This document shows positions 1 to 10,473 of a DNA stretch of 61,291 nucleotides, in pieces. This DNA comes from Parcubacteria group bacterium (GTDB lineage: Bacteria; Patescibacteriota; Minisyncoccia; Phycocordibacterales; Zambryskibacteraceae). Under the pieces are notes generated by a model. The model made no database searches. It saw only the letters and a list, made by a program, of their open reading frames with translations, and was not told the origin of the DNA. A program made the position numbers and the translations under genes. Numbering within the stretch: the first letter of the stretch is position 1; each line of letters opens with the position of its first letter. The DNA lies in NCBI GenBank assembly GCA_028286565.1, contig JAQBRH010000003.1, positions 1-61,291 on the forward strand. The letters run 5' to 3'.

Positions 1-1
1 G

Positions 2-1297
2 TTCTCGGCCGGAGTCGCCCGATCTACGAACAGCATCACCGTAGACCAAAACTTCTCTCCTACCTGGACCGGAGCCCACATCTTCGACAACATCACGAGA
101 TCGACGACCACGCAGGCGACGACGACGTCTCTTGCCGTGCTAGGACTCACCGCCTCGAACTGCGATGTTAAGTCAACAACGGGCGGAACATTGTTCTGCG
201 GAACAGACGCGGGTGCCGGCGCCGCTCCTCTCCCGAACTCCAAGTGGGCAACTTCGACCATCCCTAATTCAAACGGCATCTATGTGAACGGCGGAGCGGG
301 GACCGACGTCCTTATCGGTGGTGTTGCCACCACCTCGACTCAGAAGCTCGAGGTCATCGGCGGCGCCTATTTCTCCGGCAATGTCGGCATCGGTACCACC
401 ACTCCGTATGCCAAGCTCTCGGTCGTCGGAGAAATTGTCGGCGCCTACTTCACGGGGACCACAACGGCCACTTCGACCTTCGGCGGGCCGATCCAGGCGT
501 CGTCCCTTGTAAGCCTCTTGTCTTCGACCTCGGGGCTCACGTTCGGAGGCACATCCACTCCGTCGATCCTTACCCTCGATACTATCAATAGCCGAGTCCA
601 AGTCGGTCTCGGCGCCGGATCAGCCAGCCCTTCACTTCTCGTCCTCGATACCAAAAACACGTCCGGAGATCCGGCCGGCATCAACGGTGCGATGTACTAC
701 AACAGCAATATGGGAATATTCCGATGCTTTGCGAATTCCCAATGGGGAACATGCGGGTCCCAAGCTACAACCACGAAGGTGATGCTTTCGGATTGTTCTC
801 CGAAGATCACCTCGACCGATTTCGCTCCGGGCGGATCATGGTGGCAGCCTTTGGACATGGCGAACGATCTTATCGGCATGGGAGGATGGGCCTTCCAGGA
901 AGCGACGTCGTCCGAAGTGACGTGCATTGCCCACATACCGAAAAATATTTCCGCTTCCCCTAACGCCCAGCTTTGGAGCGCCTGGACATCGACCTCGACG
1001 AGTGCGCTGAGCAACGTCCTTGATATAGACATTGCTTCGATCAATCCGGCCACCGGCTCTGTTGATCCCGCCGCCTTCACGAATATTATGGCTTCAACCT
1101 CGGCCGCCAAACGCCTCACCGTCGCCGCCGCGGCCTGGGGCTCGGTGTCCACCTCGACTTCGATCGGCCTTACTCTGCCGAACACCAATGACCTGGTGGT
1201 GAGGTTTAGAAGATATGGAGCGAACGCCAACGATTCATCGAACTCGGATCTGTACCTGTGGAGCCAATGGTTAGAAGTTAAGGTAGACTCACAATAA
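2..1297 (+). CDS. secreted/surface protein, C-terminal part (5' end lies upstream of the window)
   Basis: The reading frame is open from nt 2 with no stop before the listed ORF 137..1297. The sequence is Gly/Thr/Ser-rich with motifs such as NVGIGTTTPYAKLSV. No enzyme motif recognised. Confidence 0.55.
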   Translation, partial: FSAGVARSTNSITVDQNFSPTWTGAHIFDNITRSTTTQATTTSLAVLGLTASNCDVKSTTGGTLFCGTDAGAGAAPLPNSKWATSTIPNSNGIYVNGGAGTDVLIGGVATTSTQKLEVIGGAYFSGNVGIGTTTPYAKLSVVGEIVGAYFTGTTTATSTFGGPIQASSLVSLLSSTSGLTFGGTSTPSILTLDTINSRVQVGLGAGSASPSLLVLDTKNTSGDPAGINGAMYYNSNMGIFRCFANSQWGTCGSQATTTKVMLSDCSPKITSTDFAPGGSWWQPLDMANDLIGMGGWAFQEATSSEVTCIAHIPKNISASPNAQLWSAWTSTSTSALSNVLDIDIASINPATGSVDPAAFTNIMASTSAAKRLTVAAAAWGSVSTSTSIGLTLPNTNDLVVRFRRYGANANDSSNSDLYLWSQWLEVKVDSQ

Positions 1298-1298
1298 T

Positions 1299-2081
1299 AT
1301 GAAAAAGATACTCGTCTTCGTTCTCGTCTGTATGTACACTCTGGGGCTGCCGGCGGTTGTTTCTGCCGCGTTGACCACCGGAGCCGCAACCGGCGACTAT
1401 ATAGGAATAGGATTCGATCCGTCCATCTCAAATATCGAAAGCGAATTTACTATTATGATGTGGATCAAACCAAACTCAACCATCAGCACGAACAGGGCCC
1501 TGGTCGGCACCAGGCCGAACGCCGCTAACGGCTCTTCAAATATGTCTCTTCGAACAGCGGCGGGAGCACCAGCTACCGATATCTCTCTTAGGCTCGCAAA
1601 GACAGGAGGATTGAGGTTCGACACCACAGATGCGCCTCTGTTGCCGGGCGAATGGACGTTCATTGCCGTGACTCACAGCGAATCCGCCTCAACGACGAAC
1701 CTGTATCATGGTTCGCTGCGCCAAACGGCGATCGAGAGCACGTATTCTTTTCAAAGCACGGTCACGGGCGCTCCTACCGCCTCCGGAGGAACGGACCCGT
1801 TCGTGTGGGGGAATAGATGGGCGCCGGGCGGCCCCACATCGGCGTTCACAGGCACGTTTGCCGTAGCCGCTATCATTAACAGATCGATTTCTCTCGGGGA
1901 AGTACGCGCCTGGCAGTATGCTCCGAGAAATATACCCGGGACGGTGAATCTGATGTTCTTCGGACTGGCGAGCGGCATAGGAACCCAGCCTGATTTTTCA
2001 GGATTTAAGAACATAGGCACTCCGGTCGGTTCGGTGACCTTTAACCCGGTGAACCTGCCGTTTAAGTGGTTCAAGCGTTAA
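1299..2081 (+). CDS. secreted LamG / concanavalin A-like lectin domain protein
   Basis: Has a signal peptide (MKKILVFVLVCMYTLGLPAVVSA). The pattern FTIMMWIKP...EWTFIAVTH...NLYHG is typical of Laminin-G-3-type jelly rolls. It starts 2 nt after the upstream stop. Confidence 0.6.
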   Translation: MKKILVFVLVCMYTLGLPAVVSAALTTGAATGDYIGIGFDPSISNIESEFTIMMWIKPNSTISTNRALVGTRPNAANGSSNMSLRTAAGAPATDISLRLAKTGGLRFDTTDAPLLPGEWTFIAVTHSESASTTNLYHGSLRQTAIESTYSFQSTVTGAPTASGGTDPFVWGNRWAPGGPTSAFTGTFAVAAIINRSISLGEVRAWQYAPRNIPGTVNLMFFGLASGIGTQPDFSGFKNIGTPVGSVTFNPVNLPFKWFKR

Positions 2082-2087
2082 TTAAAA

Positions 2088-2912
2088 ATGAGATACAATA
2101 CATCTATGACGAATTTCCTTAGACCGCTCACGATCATTCTCGCTCTTTCTCTCTGCCTCTCGCCGCTCTCTGTTTTCGGGCAAGCGGAAGGAGAAGTTGT
2201 GCCTGCAGATGCGCCGGTCACAGAGGTGGATCCAACGCCGGAAGGTGCGGAGCAAGTTACCATTGACAGTTCGCTTCTCGAAACAACGGTCAATCCCCAA
2301 GCCGACACCCTGACTCCGCAAGTTCCCGACGCTCCGCCTACTGATGATGCGACAACTACGCCGATCGATATTCCGCCGGATGCAGATCCGGTCTCCATGC
2401 CGGCTCCGGTTATCGCGCCCGATATAGCGCTCGTGATAGAAGTGGACGTTCTTGAAGTGACTCCTATGGATGTCGTGGAGCTCCAGCCGAAGAAAGAATA
2501 TACATTCGCTCTTCAAGGAAATACCATTCCCGCCAAGGCAACCACCGATTGGACCAAGAGCCAAACAGAAAAAGAAAAGTCTCGCCCGGTGAAGCAGGTT
2601 TCGAATGCCGTAGCGCTCGACGTTCAAAGTAACGGCGTTCTCGAGGTGTCCGGCGCGTGCACTGATCCGTACTACGTTGTTCTTCTCTACAAGAGCGCCG
2701 ATGATTATGACAAGAGTCCGGCCTCATATATATTCAACAAGGCGTTCGACTGCGTAGGCGGAAGATATTCGTACGCCATCTCCGATCTTCCGAAGGACCT
2801 CGCTTCGGGGACATACTACCTCCTCGTCGGGGGACAGGGCGCCAAGGGCGGATGGAAGCCGATCAGCTCGCTTGCGCCTATCGCCATAACCAATCAAAAA
2901 GATGCCCAATAA
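2088..2912 (+). CDS. secreted hypothetical protein (Pro/Thr/Asp-rich linker, C-terminal globular part)
   Basis: 274-aa ORF with an N-terminal signal-like hydrophobic segment. Same strand and tightly packed with its neighbours. Confidence 0.5.
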   Translation: MRYNTSMTNFLRPLTIILALSLCLSPLSVFGQAEGEVVPADAPVTEVDPTPEGAEQVTIDSSLLETTVNPQADTLTPQVPDAPPTDDATTTPIDIPPDADPVSMPAPVIAPDIALVIEVDVLEVTPMDVVELQPKKEYTFALQGNTIPAKATTDWTKSQTEKEKSRPVKQVSNAVALDVQSNGVLEVSGACTDPYYVVLLYKSADDYDKSPASYIFNKAFDCVGGRYSYAISDLPKDLASGTYYLLVGGQGAKGGWKPISSLAPIAITNQKDAQ

Positions 2913-3303
2913 CAACCGTTGGTTCAAAGGAAGCATTATCCTCCTCCTTTCCTTGGGGCTGTCGATGGCCGGTATCTCTATGAGAGGAGCCTCCCGAGAC
3001 CTCCCTGACGGCCTCGCTGATAAATTCCAAGCCGTGTTTTTAACCGACGGGCAAGTGTATTTTGGAAAGCTCGATTCATATAATTCGAGGTTCGTTCTCT
3101 TGAAGAACGTGTACTACCTGAAGGCTGCAAGCGGACTCCAGCAAAGCACAGCCGATACGAAATCCGGGCTCAACTTGATCAAACTCGGCGGAGAAGCCCA
3201 CGGGCCGGAAGGGGATATGTATATAGCCAAGGACAAGATCTTGTTCTTGGAAAATCTTAAGAATGATTCAGCCGTAGTTAAGGCCATCAAAAACACCCAG
3301 TAG
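2902..3303 (+). CDS. membrane-anchored hypothetical protein
   Basis: 133-aa ORF with one N-terminal TM segment. Overlaps the upstream gene by 11 nt. Confidence 0.45.
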   Translation: MPNNNRWFKGSIILLLSLGLSMAGISMRGASRDLPDGLADKFQAVFLTDGQVYFGKLDSYNSRFVLLKNVYYLKAASGLQQSTADTKSGLNLIKLGGEAHGPEGDMYIAKDKILFLENLKNDSAVVKAIKNTQ

Positions 3304-3331
3304 ATCCTTGATTGTTTTTGTCTCTTGTTTG

Positions 3332-3340
3332 TGGTATAAT
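3332..3340 (+). promoter_or_regulatory. extended -10 promoter (TGGTATAAT) for RNase P RNA
   Basis: tggtataat ends 6 nt before the first paired nucleotide of the P1 helix (ggtacc at 3347). Confidence 0.5.
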
Positions 3341-3346
3341 ACAGGA

Positions 3347-3677
3347 GGTACCGGTTGATCGCTCCTCTGGTAGAGATACAAGAGGGGAGGAAAGTCCGAA
3401 CATTCGGTCCTCTCTACAGCATATGCATAGAGAGAACACGAGTAGCAGGTAACGCCTGTCGGGGGTAACCCTAGAGATGCGAACAGAGACGAATCTTTGG
3501 TATGTTCGGGGCTTGCCCTGAGCGTGTCGAAGGGTGAAACGGCAAAATTCTTACTTGAATGCAAGGCCGTGCTCCGACTTCGGTCGGAGAGTGCCGCTCG
3601 AGGGCGCGAGTGATCGCGCTCCCAGATAAATGATCATCCACCGCTTCGGCGGGGACAGAATTCGGCTTATAGGTACC
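3347..3677 (+). ncRNA. rnpB: RNase P RNA, bacterial type A
   Basis: P4 strands GAGGAAAGTCCG (about 3385) and ACAGAATTCGGCTTATAG (about 3655). Also GGTAACGCCTG, GGGTGAAACGG and CAGATAAATGATC motifs. The P1 helix pairs ggtacc 3347-3352 with ggtacc 3672-3677. Confidence 0.9.
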
Positions 3678-3681
3678 CACG

Positions 3682-3710
3682 ATCCCCGGCGCTTGCGTTC
3701 GGGGATTTTG
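3682..3710 (+). terminator. intrinsic terminator after rnpB
   Basis: 7-bp stem atccccg/cggggat followed by TTTT. Confidence 0.6.
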
Positions 3711-3782
3711 TGTATCATATCGGCTTCTCCAGTCCGGTTTTTTTGGCTATAATTATGGATATTACTCTTTATCAGTCCGTCT

Positions 3783-6149
3783 ATGCACGATATTCAAGCC
3801 AGCCCGAATTCGATCAAAAAAGAGCTCCCCGCGGAGCAAACGATCTTCTCGAAGCTTGATATGGGGAGGCTTGCATACTGGACGATCTCTCTGACCGTTC
3901 TTATCCTTCCTTTTTTCTTCATCCCGTCTTCTCTGGTCACCCTCGATGTGGCGAAGGGCATCATGGCTTCGGTCGGCATCACTCTGGCCCTCATCTTTTT
4001 CGTTCTTCATATCCTTGGGCGGGGCGAGTTCTCTTTCCCGCGCAGCAAACTTGCGTATGGGATCCTCGGGGTGCCGCTTGTCCTCGGCCTCTCGTCTTTT
4101 TTCGGGAATCCGCAGGCTCCTTCCTTGTATGCGTTCGGACTCGAGTCATACGGCGCTCTCCCAGTCATCCTCGGGTTTGTCCTCCTCCTCATCACTTCTC
4201 AGATCTTTGCCGTCCGAAAGAGGATCTTTTATTCATACTTTGCCTTGATCGTCGGGTTCCTTGTGGTTGTCCTCTTTGCGGTTCTAAAACTCGCCGTCGG
4301 GCCGGACACCCTGTCCTTCGGCGTCCTTATAGGCAAGTCATCTACTCCTGTCGGCGTTTGGACCGATGCGGCGATCTTTGTGGGGCTCGGCCTTATGCTC
4401 GTGGCGGCGGCGCTTGACCTTGAACTGCCAAAGCCTACGAAAGCCGTCTTGTATGCCGTGCTCGTCGTCGGCCTCCTCCTCCTCGCTGTATTTAATTTTC
4501 AGATGCTATGGATCGTGCTCGTTCTCTTTGCCGTCGTATTTTCTCTCTACAATTTCAGATTTCGAGCGAGGATCTCCGCCGCAGCCATCATCATCTTCTG
4601 TATCTCGAGCGTCTTTCTTGCTAACCCGGTTATCTCGTCGATCGCACTTAATGATCGCATTGCGAACGCGCTTCATGTCTCAAACATCGAGGTTCGCCCG
4701 TCTCTCTTGACTACGGCGGGGATCCTTCCTCATTCGCTGAAGAAAAATCTCCTCCTAGGCACGGGTCCCGGCACGTTTAGTCCTTTGTGGAATCTGTACA
4801 AGCCGGAAGGCATCAACCTGACGCCGTACTGGGGAACGAATTTCTTGTACGGGTTCGGCCTTCTCCCCACGTTCTTTGCGACCACCGGCATCCTCGGCAT
4901 CCTCGCTTGGGTATGGTTCTTCGCCTTTTATATTCGTACGGGAATACGGGCGTTGAAAGCACCGGAAACCGGCATATCGAATTTCTTTACCGTTTCTTCG
5001 TTTTTCGGCTCGCTCTTCTTGTGGGTGGCGAGTTTCCTCTATGTGCCGAACCTCACGATCCTTCTCCTGACCTTTTTCCTCACCGGGATTTTCCTCGGCA
5101 ACTCGGTTCTCCAAGGTGCGCCCCAGCGGACGTTCGTCTTTAAAGGTAAAAAAGCGGGAGGGTTTGCGGCGGCGGTCATGGCTATCCTTGTGCTTGTCGG
5201 AGGGGCCGCCCTGGGGTATGCCCTCGTTACGCGGGGGCTTTCAAGCGTCTACTTTAATCAGGCCGTCATAGAGGCCAATAGGGACGGGGATGTCGACCGG
5301 GCCATCCAAAGCTTGCACAAGGCGGCTTCACTTTCAGATTTTGATTTCTACTATCGCACGAACGCCGAGCTCACCATGCTCCGGATGACAAAGATGGTGG
5401 AAGGCAAGGCGGTAAATGAGGAGACGGGGAAACTTGTCAGCCAATCCCTGAACACATCTCTCGGCCTCGCGGGGTCCGCCATTGCCCGCGATCCTGAAAA
5501 TTATCAGAACCACCTCACTCTCGGCAGGATATATGACGCCCTCCTCCTTCCGCCGTTCTCGTTGCCGGAAGCGTATGAGAAGGCGAAGTCTTCGTACATG
5601 AATGCGCTCGCGCTGAATCCGCATGATCCGGAGATATATCTTCTCCTGGGGAAACTCGAGATCGAACACAACAACCTCGATGCCGCAAAGGGGTACATCA
5701 TCAAAGCTCTTGCCGAAAAGAACGATTATGTGGATGCCTATTTCCTTTCTGCGCGCATCGCTATCCTTGAAAATAATATCTCCCAAGCCCTGAAGGATTC
5801 GGAAGCCTTGGCGGCCCTGTCCCCGAACAACCCGGGCGCTTTCTTTCAGCTCGGAGTATTGCATTATAGCGCCGGAGAATATAAGGCAGCGGCCGAAGCC
5901 CTGATCCGGGCAGAAATGCTCGTGCCGGACTATGCGAACGCCAAATACTTCCTCGGCCTCACATATTACAAGCTGGGAGATGCGGGGCGCGCTTTGAAGG
6001 AGTTCCAAGACTTGCAAAAGGCCAATCCTCTGAACGCTGACCTTGCCTCGGTCATAGAAAACCTTCAGAGTAACCGCGATCCTCTCTACAAGATCAGCAA
6101 TGTAAAGACACGAGGGGAGTCGGTCACTCCGCCGCTCGGCACCCGCTAG
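3783..6149 (+). CDS. polytopic O-antigen-ligase-like membrane protein with C-terminal TPR repeats
   Basis: More than 10 predicted TM helices. LLGTGPGTF motif after the large loop. The last ~250 aa are TPR-like (AYEKAKSSYMNALALNPHDPEIY..., YKLGDAGRALKEFQ). Confidence 0.7.
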   Translation: MHDIQASPNSIKKELPAEQTIFSKLDMGRLAYWTISLTVLILPFFFIPSSLVTLDVAKGIMASVGITLALIFFVLHILGRGEFSFPRSKLAYGILGVPLVLGLSSFFGNPQAPSLYAFGLESYGALPVILGFVLLLITSQIFAVRKRIFYSYFALIVGFLVVVLFAVLKLAVGPDTLSFGVLIGKSSTPVGVWTDAAIFVGLGLMLVAAALDLELPKPTKAVLYAVLVVGLLLLAVFNFQMLWIVLVLFAVVFSLYNFRFRARISAAAIIIFCISSVFLANPVISSIALNDRIANALHVSNIEVRPSLLTTAGILPHSLKKNLLLGTGPGTFSPLWNLYKPEGINLTPYWGTNFLYGFGLLPTFFATTGILGILAWVWFFAFYIRTGIRALKAPETGISNFFTVSSFFGSLFLWVASFLYVPNLTILLLTFFLTGIFLGNSVLQGAPQRTFVFKGKKAGGFAAAVMAILVLVGGAALGYALVTRGLSSVYFNQAVIEANRDGDVDRAIQSLHKAASLSDFDFYYRTNAELTMLRMTKMVEGKAVNEETGKLVSQSLNTSLGLAGSAIARDPENYQNHLTLGRIYDALLLPPFSLPEAYEKAKSSYMNALALNPHDPEIYLLLGKLEIEHNNLDAAKGYIIKALAEKNDYVDAYFLSARIAILENNISQALKDSEALAALSPNNPGAFFQLGVLHYSAGEYKAAAEALIRAEMLVPDYANAKYFLGLTYYKLGDAGRALKEFQDLQKANPLNADLASVIENLQSNRDPLYKISNVKTRGESVTPPLGTR

Positions 6150-6152
6150 AAA

Positions 6153-7829
6153 ATGGTTAAAGCGATATTCAGGTTCTTTTATAAGGAAACCGCGACGCTC
6201 CATAAGGCGGCGTATCTCTTGGGGTTCTTTGCCATCCTTTCCCAAGTGCTGGCCTTTCTCCGCGACAGGCTCCTCGCCCATGCGTTCGGAGCGAGTTCCG
6301 ACCTCGACATTTATTATGCCGCCTTTCGAATTCCGGACTTTCTCTTTGTGACGGTGGCGTCGGTCGTGTCCCTTTCGGTCATCGTGCCCTTCATCATCGA
6401 ACGGGAGAAACAAGGGCACGAAGAAGTGCGAATGTTCGTCGACAACATCTTTTCCTTCTTCTCGATCCTGATGATCGGGACGTGCGCCCTCGCCTTCTTT
6501 CTCATTCCGCACTTCTCCGGGGTCCTCTTCAAAGGATTTTCCGGCGAAGCGCTCCACCGGGTGGTGCTCCTTTCGAGGATATTCCTCCTGTCGCCGATCG
6601 CCCTCGGATTTTCGAATCTCTTCGGCTCCCTGACCCAAGCCTATAACCGGTTCATCATTTACGCCTTCGCTCCGCTTCTTTATAACCTCGGCATTATTAT
6701 AGGGATCATCGGCCTTGGCCCTCGCTACGGCATCATGGGCGTAGCCATCGGAGTGGTCTTTGGAGCCATCCTTCACGCTCTCGTTCAAATACCTTTTGTG
6801 ATAAAGATCGGATTGTTTCCTCGGATCTCGACCAAGCTTGATTTTGCATCAATAAAAAAAGTCGCCACCCTCTCTTTTCCCCGCACCCTGACGCTTTCCA
6901 TCAACCACATCAGCACCATTTTTATGGTGTCCATGGCCTCATTGATGACCGCGGGTTCGATCTCGATATTTTCCTTTGCGCTCAATATCCAATCAGTACC
7001 GCTCTCGGTTATCGGGGTCTCGTATTCCCTGGCAGCCTTTCCGACGCTCTCCAGGCACTTTGCGGATAAGAATTTGACGGCCTTTGTGGAACAAATGGCC
7101 ACGACGGCGCGGCACATCATCTTTTGGTCCCTGCCGGTGACCGCCCTCTTCATCGTCCTCCGCGCTCAGATCGTCCGCGTCCTTCTTGGGACAGGGCGCT
7201 TCAATTGGGACGATACGAGGCTTACGGCCGCCGCCCTCGCCCTCTTCGCTCTCTCGGCGGTCTTCCAGAGCTTGATGCTTCTCTTCATCCGGGCATTCTA
7301 TTCGGCCGGGCATACAAAAAAACCGTTCCTTATCAATTTGGTCTCGACGACGATCCTCATGCTCTGCGCCTACGGATTTGTGAAGATATTCTATGCTTCC
7401 CTCGGGTTCAGATATTTTATCAGCGCCCTTCTCAAGGTGGAGGATCTGCCGGGCACCGTCATCCTCATGCTCCCGCTCGGCTACTCGATCGGTACGATCA
7501 TAAACGGCATTGTTCACTGGATAGGATTTGAAAGGGACTTCGGAGGATTCTCCAAGGAGGTGAATCGTACATTGTTCGAATCGATCGGCGCGTCGGTGAT
7601 CCTCGGATATGTGTCGTACCTCGGGCTTGGATTGTTCGAACACATGTTCAATACGGATTCGCTCGTCGGCATATTCCTCCAAGGATTCTCTGCCGGCATG
7701 CTCGGCATCGCCGCCGGCGTCCTTGTCCTCTTTTTATTGAAAAGCAGGGAGCTTCGCGAAGCGTGGAATTCTATCCATGCAAAGTTCTGGCAGGCGAAAG
7801 TGGTCTCGACCGATCCGGAGATCGTTTAG
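6153..7829 (+). CDS. murJ: lipid II flippase MurJ/MviN
   Basis: N-terminus LLGFFAILSQVLAFLRDRLLAHAFGASSDLDIYYAAFRIPDFLF and ~14 TM helices are typical of MurJ. Confidence 0.85.
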   Translation: MVKAIFRFFYKETATLHKAAYLLGFFAILSQVLAFLRDRLLAHAFGASSDLDIYYAAFRIPDFLFVTVASVVSLSVIVPFIIEREKQGHEEVRMFVDNIFSFFSILMIGTCALAFFLIPHFSGVLFKGFSGEALHRVVLLSRIFLLSPIALGFSNLFGSLTQAYNRFIIYAFAPLLYNLGIIIGIIGLGPRYGIMGVAIGVVFGAILHALVQIPFVIKIGLFPRISTKLDFASIKKVATLSFPRTLTLSINHISTIFMVSMASLMTAGSISIFSFALNIQSVPLSVIGVSYSLAAFPTLSRHFADKNLTAFVEQMATTARHIIFWSLPVTALFIVLRAQIVRVLLGTGRFNWDDTRLTAAALALFALSAVFQSLMLLFIRAFYSAGHTKKPFLINLVSTTILMLCAYGFVKIFYASLGFRYFISALLKVEDLPGTVILMLPLGYSIGTIINGIVHWIGFERDFGGFSKEVNRTLFESIGASVILGYVSYLGLGLFEHMFNTDSLVGIFLQGFSAGMLGIAAGVLVLFLLKSRELREAWNSIHAKFWQAKVVSTDPEIV

Positions 7830-8638
7830 CTCAATATAAAGGGAGAGTTCTCTCCGAAAATGCTTTTGACGAGGGTGCCCATCTCTTCGGCGGCTCTCTT
7901 GAGGTGATGGGAGTCTCTGCACAGGGGTCCGGGTTCGTTTTCGCTGTAGGGAACTATCTGGAGGAAGCGGTTGCCGTCCTTGATGCCCACATGCTTAAGG
8001 TGCTCAAATTGCTCGTGGGTGTTGTAGATGATCAAAATATCCGTCGCATCGGTGTTGAGCACGTCTCTGACCGAACTTTCCATCTGCGGCAGCAACCCCG
8101 CATCTTTGTAGTGCTTGCCGTTTATCTCGATCGATCCGGGATTTAAAAAGGGTACAGAGATGGCGGCGCGCATCATCCTTTCTATTTCTTTGGGCTCTCG
8201 GCCGTTCACTTTTTTATATTCGGCCTTGTCCGTTTTTGTATCGAGCAATCGGACGAGGAGCTTTGTCTTTGAATGCGAGAGCTTTTTATAATCGAGAGGC
8301 CTGATCTCTCGCATGATGCCCATGAGGTACTCGATGTCGACCACGTCCCAAAAACGGGCGAAGTTCAAGAATTCCTTGTTGCACAAATTTTCGTAGTACA
8401 CCTGCATGGCCGAGATGTCCTGGGTCAGATAATAGGCGGCGTTCGGAAATCCCGCAGACATAGTGTAGATCTCATCGAAGGAGTTTATGAGCCCCATCTC
8501 AAGGAGCGCCGCTCCGGCTCCGGCCCCTCGCACCGCGCTCATCAGTCCGCCCGGGAGAATAAGGGCGATCCTCCTTCGGTCATGGAACGGAGCATGTTTG
8601 TTTTTTCGAGCCTTGATATGCTCTATGACGGGATGCAT
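7826..8638 (-). CDS. patatin-like phospholipase
   Basis: Oxyanion-type GGLMSAVRGAG, nucleophile elbow YTMSAGF (GxSxG-like) and a late DAG(L) motif. Its 3' end overlaps the murJ stop by 4 nt (convergent). Confidence 0.65.
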   Translation of the reverse strand: MHPVIEHIKARKNKHAPFHDRRRIALILPGGLMSAVRGAGAGAALLEMGLINSFDEIYTMSAGFPNAAYYLTQDISAMQVYYENLCNKEFLNFARFWDVVDIEYLMGIMREIRPLDYKKLSHSKTKLLVRLLDTKTDKAEYKKVNGREPKEIERMMRAAISVPFLNPGSIEINGKHYKDAGLLPQMESSVRDVLNTDATDILIIYNTHEQFEHLKHVGIKDGNRFLQIVPYSENEPGPLCRDSHHLKRAAEEMGTLVKSIFGENSPFILS

Positions 8639-8679
8639 TTCCTTTATTTATAGCACAAAATAGGCTATAAATAGCGCCT

Positions 8680-10473
8680 ATGGATCATATTCGGAACTTC
8701 TCTATCATCGCCCACATCGACCACGGCAAGTCGACCCTGGCGGACCGCATGCTTGAGATCACGGGGACCATCGAGGCGCGCAAAATGAAGGAGCAGGTGC
8801 TCGACTCCATGGAGCTCGAGCGAGAGCGGGGCATCACCATCAAGATGCAACCGGTTCGCATGCAGTACAAGAGCGAAGGCAAGGAGTACATCTTGAACCT
8901 TATCGACACCCCCGGGCACATCGACTTCTCCTACGAAGTATCGCGCGCCCTAAAGGCCGTCGAGGGGTCGATCCTCCTCGTCGATGCGACCCAGGGAGTG
9001 CAGGCCCAGACCTTGACCACGCTCGGCATGGCCCGCGACGCCGGCCTCGTCATCATCCCCGTCCTCTCGAAGATCGATTCGCCGCTTGCGAGGATCGATG
9101 ATATCAAGGCCGAGATCGTCGAACTCCTCAAGGTGAATCCGGATGAGATCTATCTTGTCTCCGGAAAGACGGGTGAAGGAGTGAAAGAGCTTTTGGAAGG
9201 GATCATCAGGAAAGTTCCTTCACCGACCGTCCTTTCGACCCCGGGATTGCGCTCCTTGGTCTTCGATTTTAAATACTCAAATCACACAGGCGTCATCGTC
9301 TTCGTGCGCGTGATGTCCGGAAGCGTGAAGAAAGGAGACAAGCTTATTTTCAAACAGACAGGCAAGGTCTTTACCGCCCTCGAAGTGGGGTTCTTTGCTC
9401 CGGAAGAAACACCCGCTGACAGGATCGGAGAAGGAGAGACCGGCTATATTGTCACAGGCATAAAAGAGCCCGGAGTGGCCTCGGTTGGAGACACCGTCGC
9501 GAGCGCTTCGGATACTTCCGAGCCGCTTCCCGGATACATGAAAGCGCGTCCGGTCGTCTGGGCCTCTATTTATCCTGAGTCTCAAGACGACTTTGTGGCC
9601 TTGAGACAGGCCCTCGAGAAGCTCCAGCTCTCGGACTCCGCTTTTTCTTTTGAAGAGGAATCTTCAGGAGTCCTTGGGCGGGGATTCAGATGCGGATTTT
9701 TGGGCATGCTCCATCTTGAGATCATTACCGAGCGCTTGCGCCGAGAATTCGACCTCGAGCTCATCATAACTTTGCCTTCGATCACCTATCATGTGACCTA
9801 CAAGAACGGAAAATCGGAAAACATTTACAGCCCGTCGTTCTTCCCCGAAGATTATGAGATCGCGCTCGTACGGGAACCGTGGGTCGATGCAACCATCATC
9901 ACCCCGCCTGTGTATCTCGGTGAGATCCTGAAGCTTCTCTATGAACACGAGGCGGAGGTGGGAGAGACGGAAAGCTTCGGCGATGCCCGAACGTCGATCT
10001 CCTTCAAGATGCCGCTTCGGGAATTGATGCGAAGCTTCTTTGATAAATTAAAAAGCGCCACCTCGGGCTTCGCGTCGATCTCTTACGACCTCTCCGGAGA
10101 TCGGGACGCGGATGTGACCCGGCTCGATATCATCGTCGCCGACGAACCGGTGGCCGCCTTTGCCAAGGTTGTCTCGCGCCGCCAAGTCGAGCAGGAAGCT
10201 GAGTCTGCTGTCGAGAAGCTCCACAAGATCCTGCCGCGGCAGATGTTCTCCATGAAGATCCAGGGCAAGGCTCTCGGCCGTATCATCTCCTCGCGCTCGC
10301 TCTCGGGTATGAAGAAAGACGTCACGCAGCACATGTACGGAGGAGACATCACTCGAAAGATGAAGCTCCGCGAAAAGCAAAAGAAGGGCAAGAAAAAGAT
10401 GGCGGAGCGCGGCAAGGGAAGCGTCTCAATCCCCCAAGAGGTCTTTTTGAAAATGATCCGATCTGACGAATAG
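8680..10473 (+). CDS. lepA: translation elongation factor 4 (LepA)
   Basis: [28 protein letters not shown] and the LepA-specific C-terminal region. Confidence 0.95.
   Translation: MDHIRNFSIIAHIDHGKSTLADRMLEITGTIEARKMKEQVLDSMELERERGITIKMQPVRMQYKSEGKEYILNLIDTPGHIDFSYEVSRALKAVEGSILLVDATQGVQAQTLTTLGMARDAGLVIIPVLSKIDSPLARIDDIKAEIVELLKVNPDEIYLVSGKTGEGVKELLEGIIRKVPSPTVLSTPGLRSLVFDFKYSNHTGVIVFVRVMSGSVKKGDKLIFKQTGKVFTALEVGFFAPEETPADRIGEGETGYIVTGIKEPGVASVGDTVASASDTSEPLPGYMKARPVVWASIYPESQDDFVALRQALEKLQLSDSAFSFEEESSGVLGRGFRCGFLGMLHLEIITERLRREFDLELIITLPSITYHVTYKNGKSENIYSPSFFPEDYEIALVREPWVDATIITPPVYLGEILKLLYEHEAEVGETESFGDARTSISFKMPLRELMRSFFDKLKSATSGFASISYDLSGDRDADVTRLDIIVADEPVAAFAKVVSRRQVEQEAESAVEKLHKILPRQMFSMKIQGKALGRIISSRSLSGMKKDVTQHMYGGDITRKMKLREKQKKGKKKMAERGKGSVSIPQEVFLKMIRSDE

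Noticed and set aside
5334-6788. 484-aa minus-strand ORF
   Set aside because: It is antisense to the O-antigen-ligase-like and murJ genes. The composition is Arg/Glu/Gly-rich and low-complexity with no motifs. It is a shadow ORF of GC-rich coding DNA.
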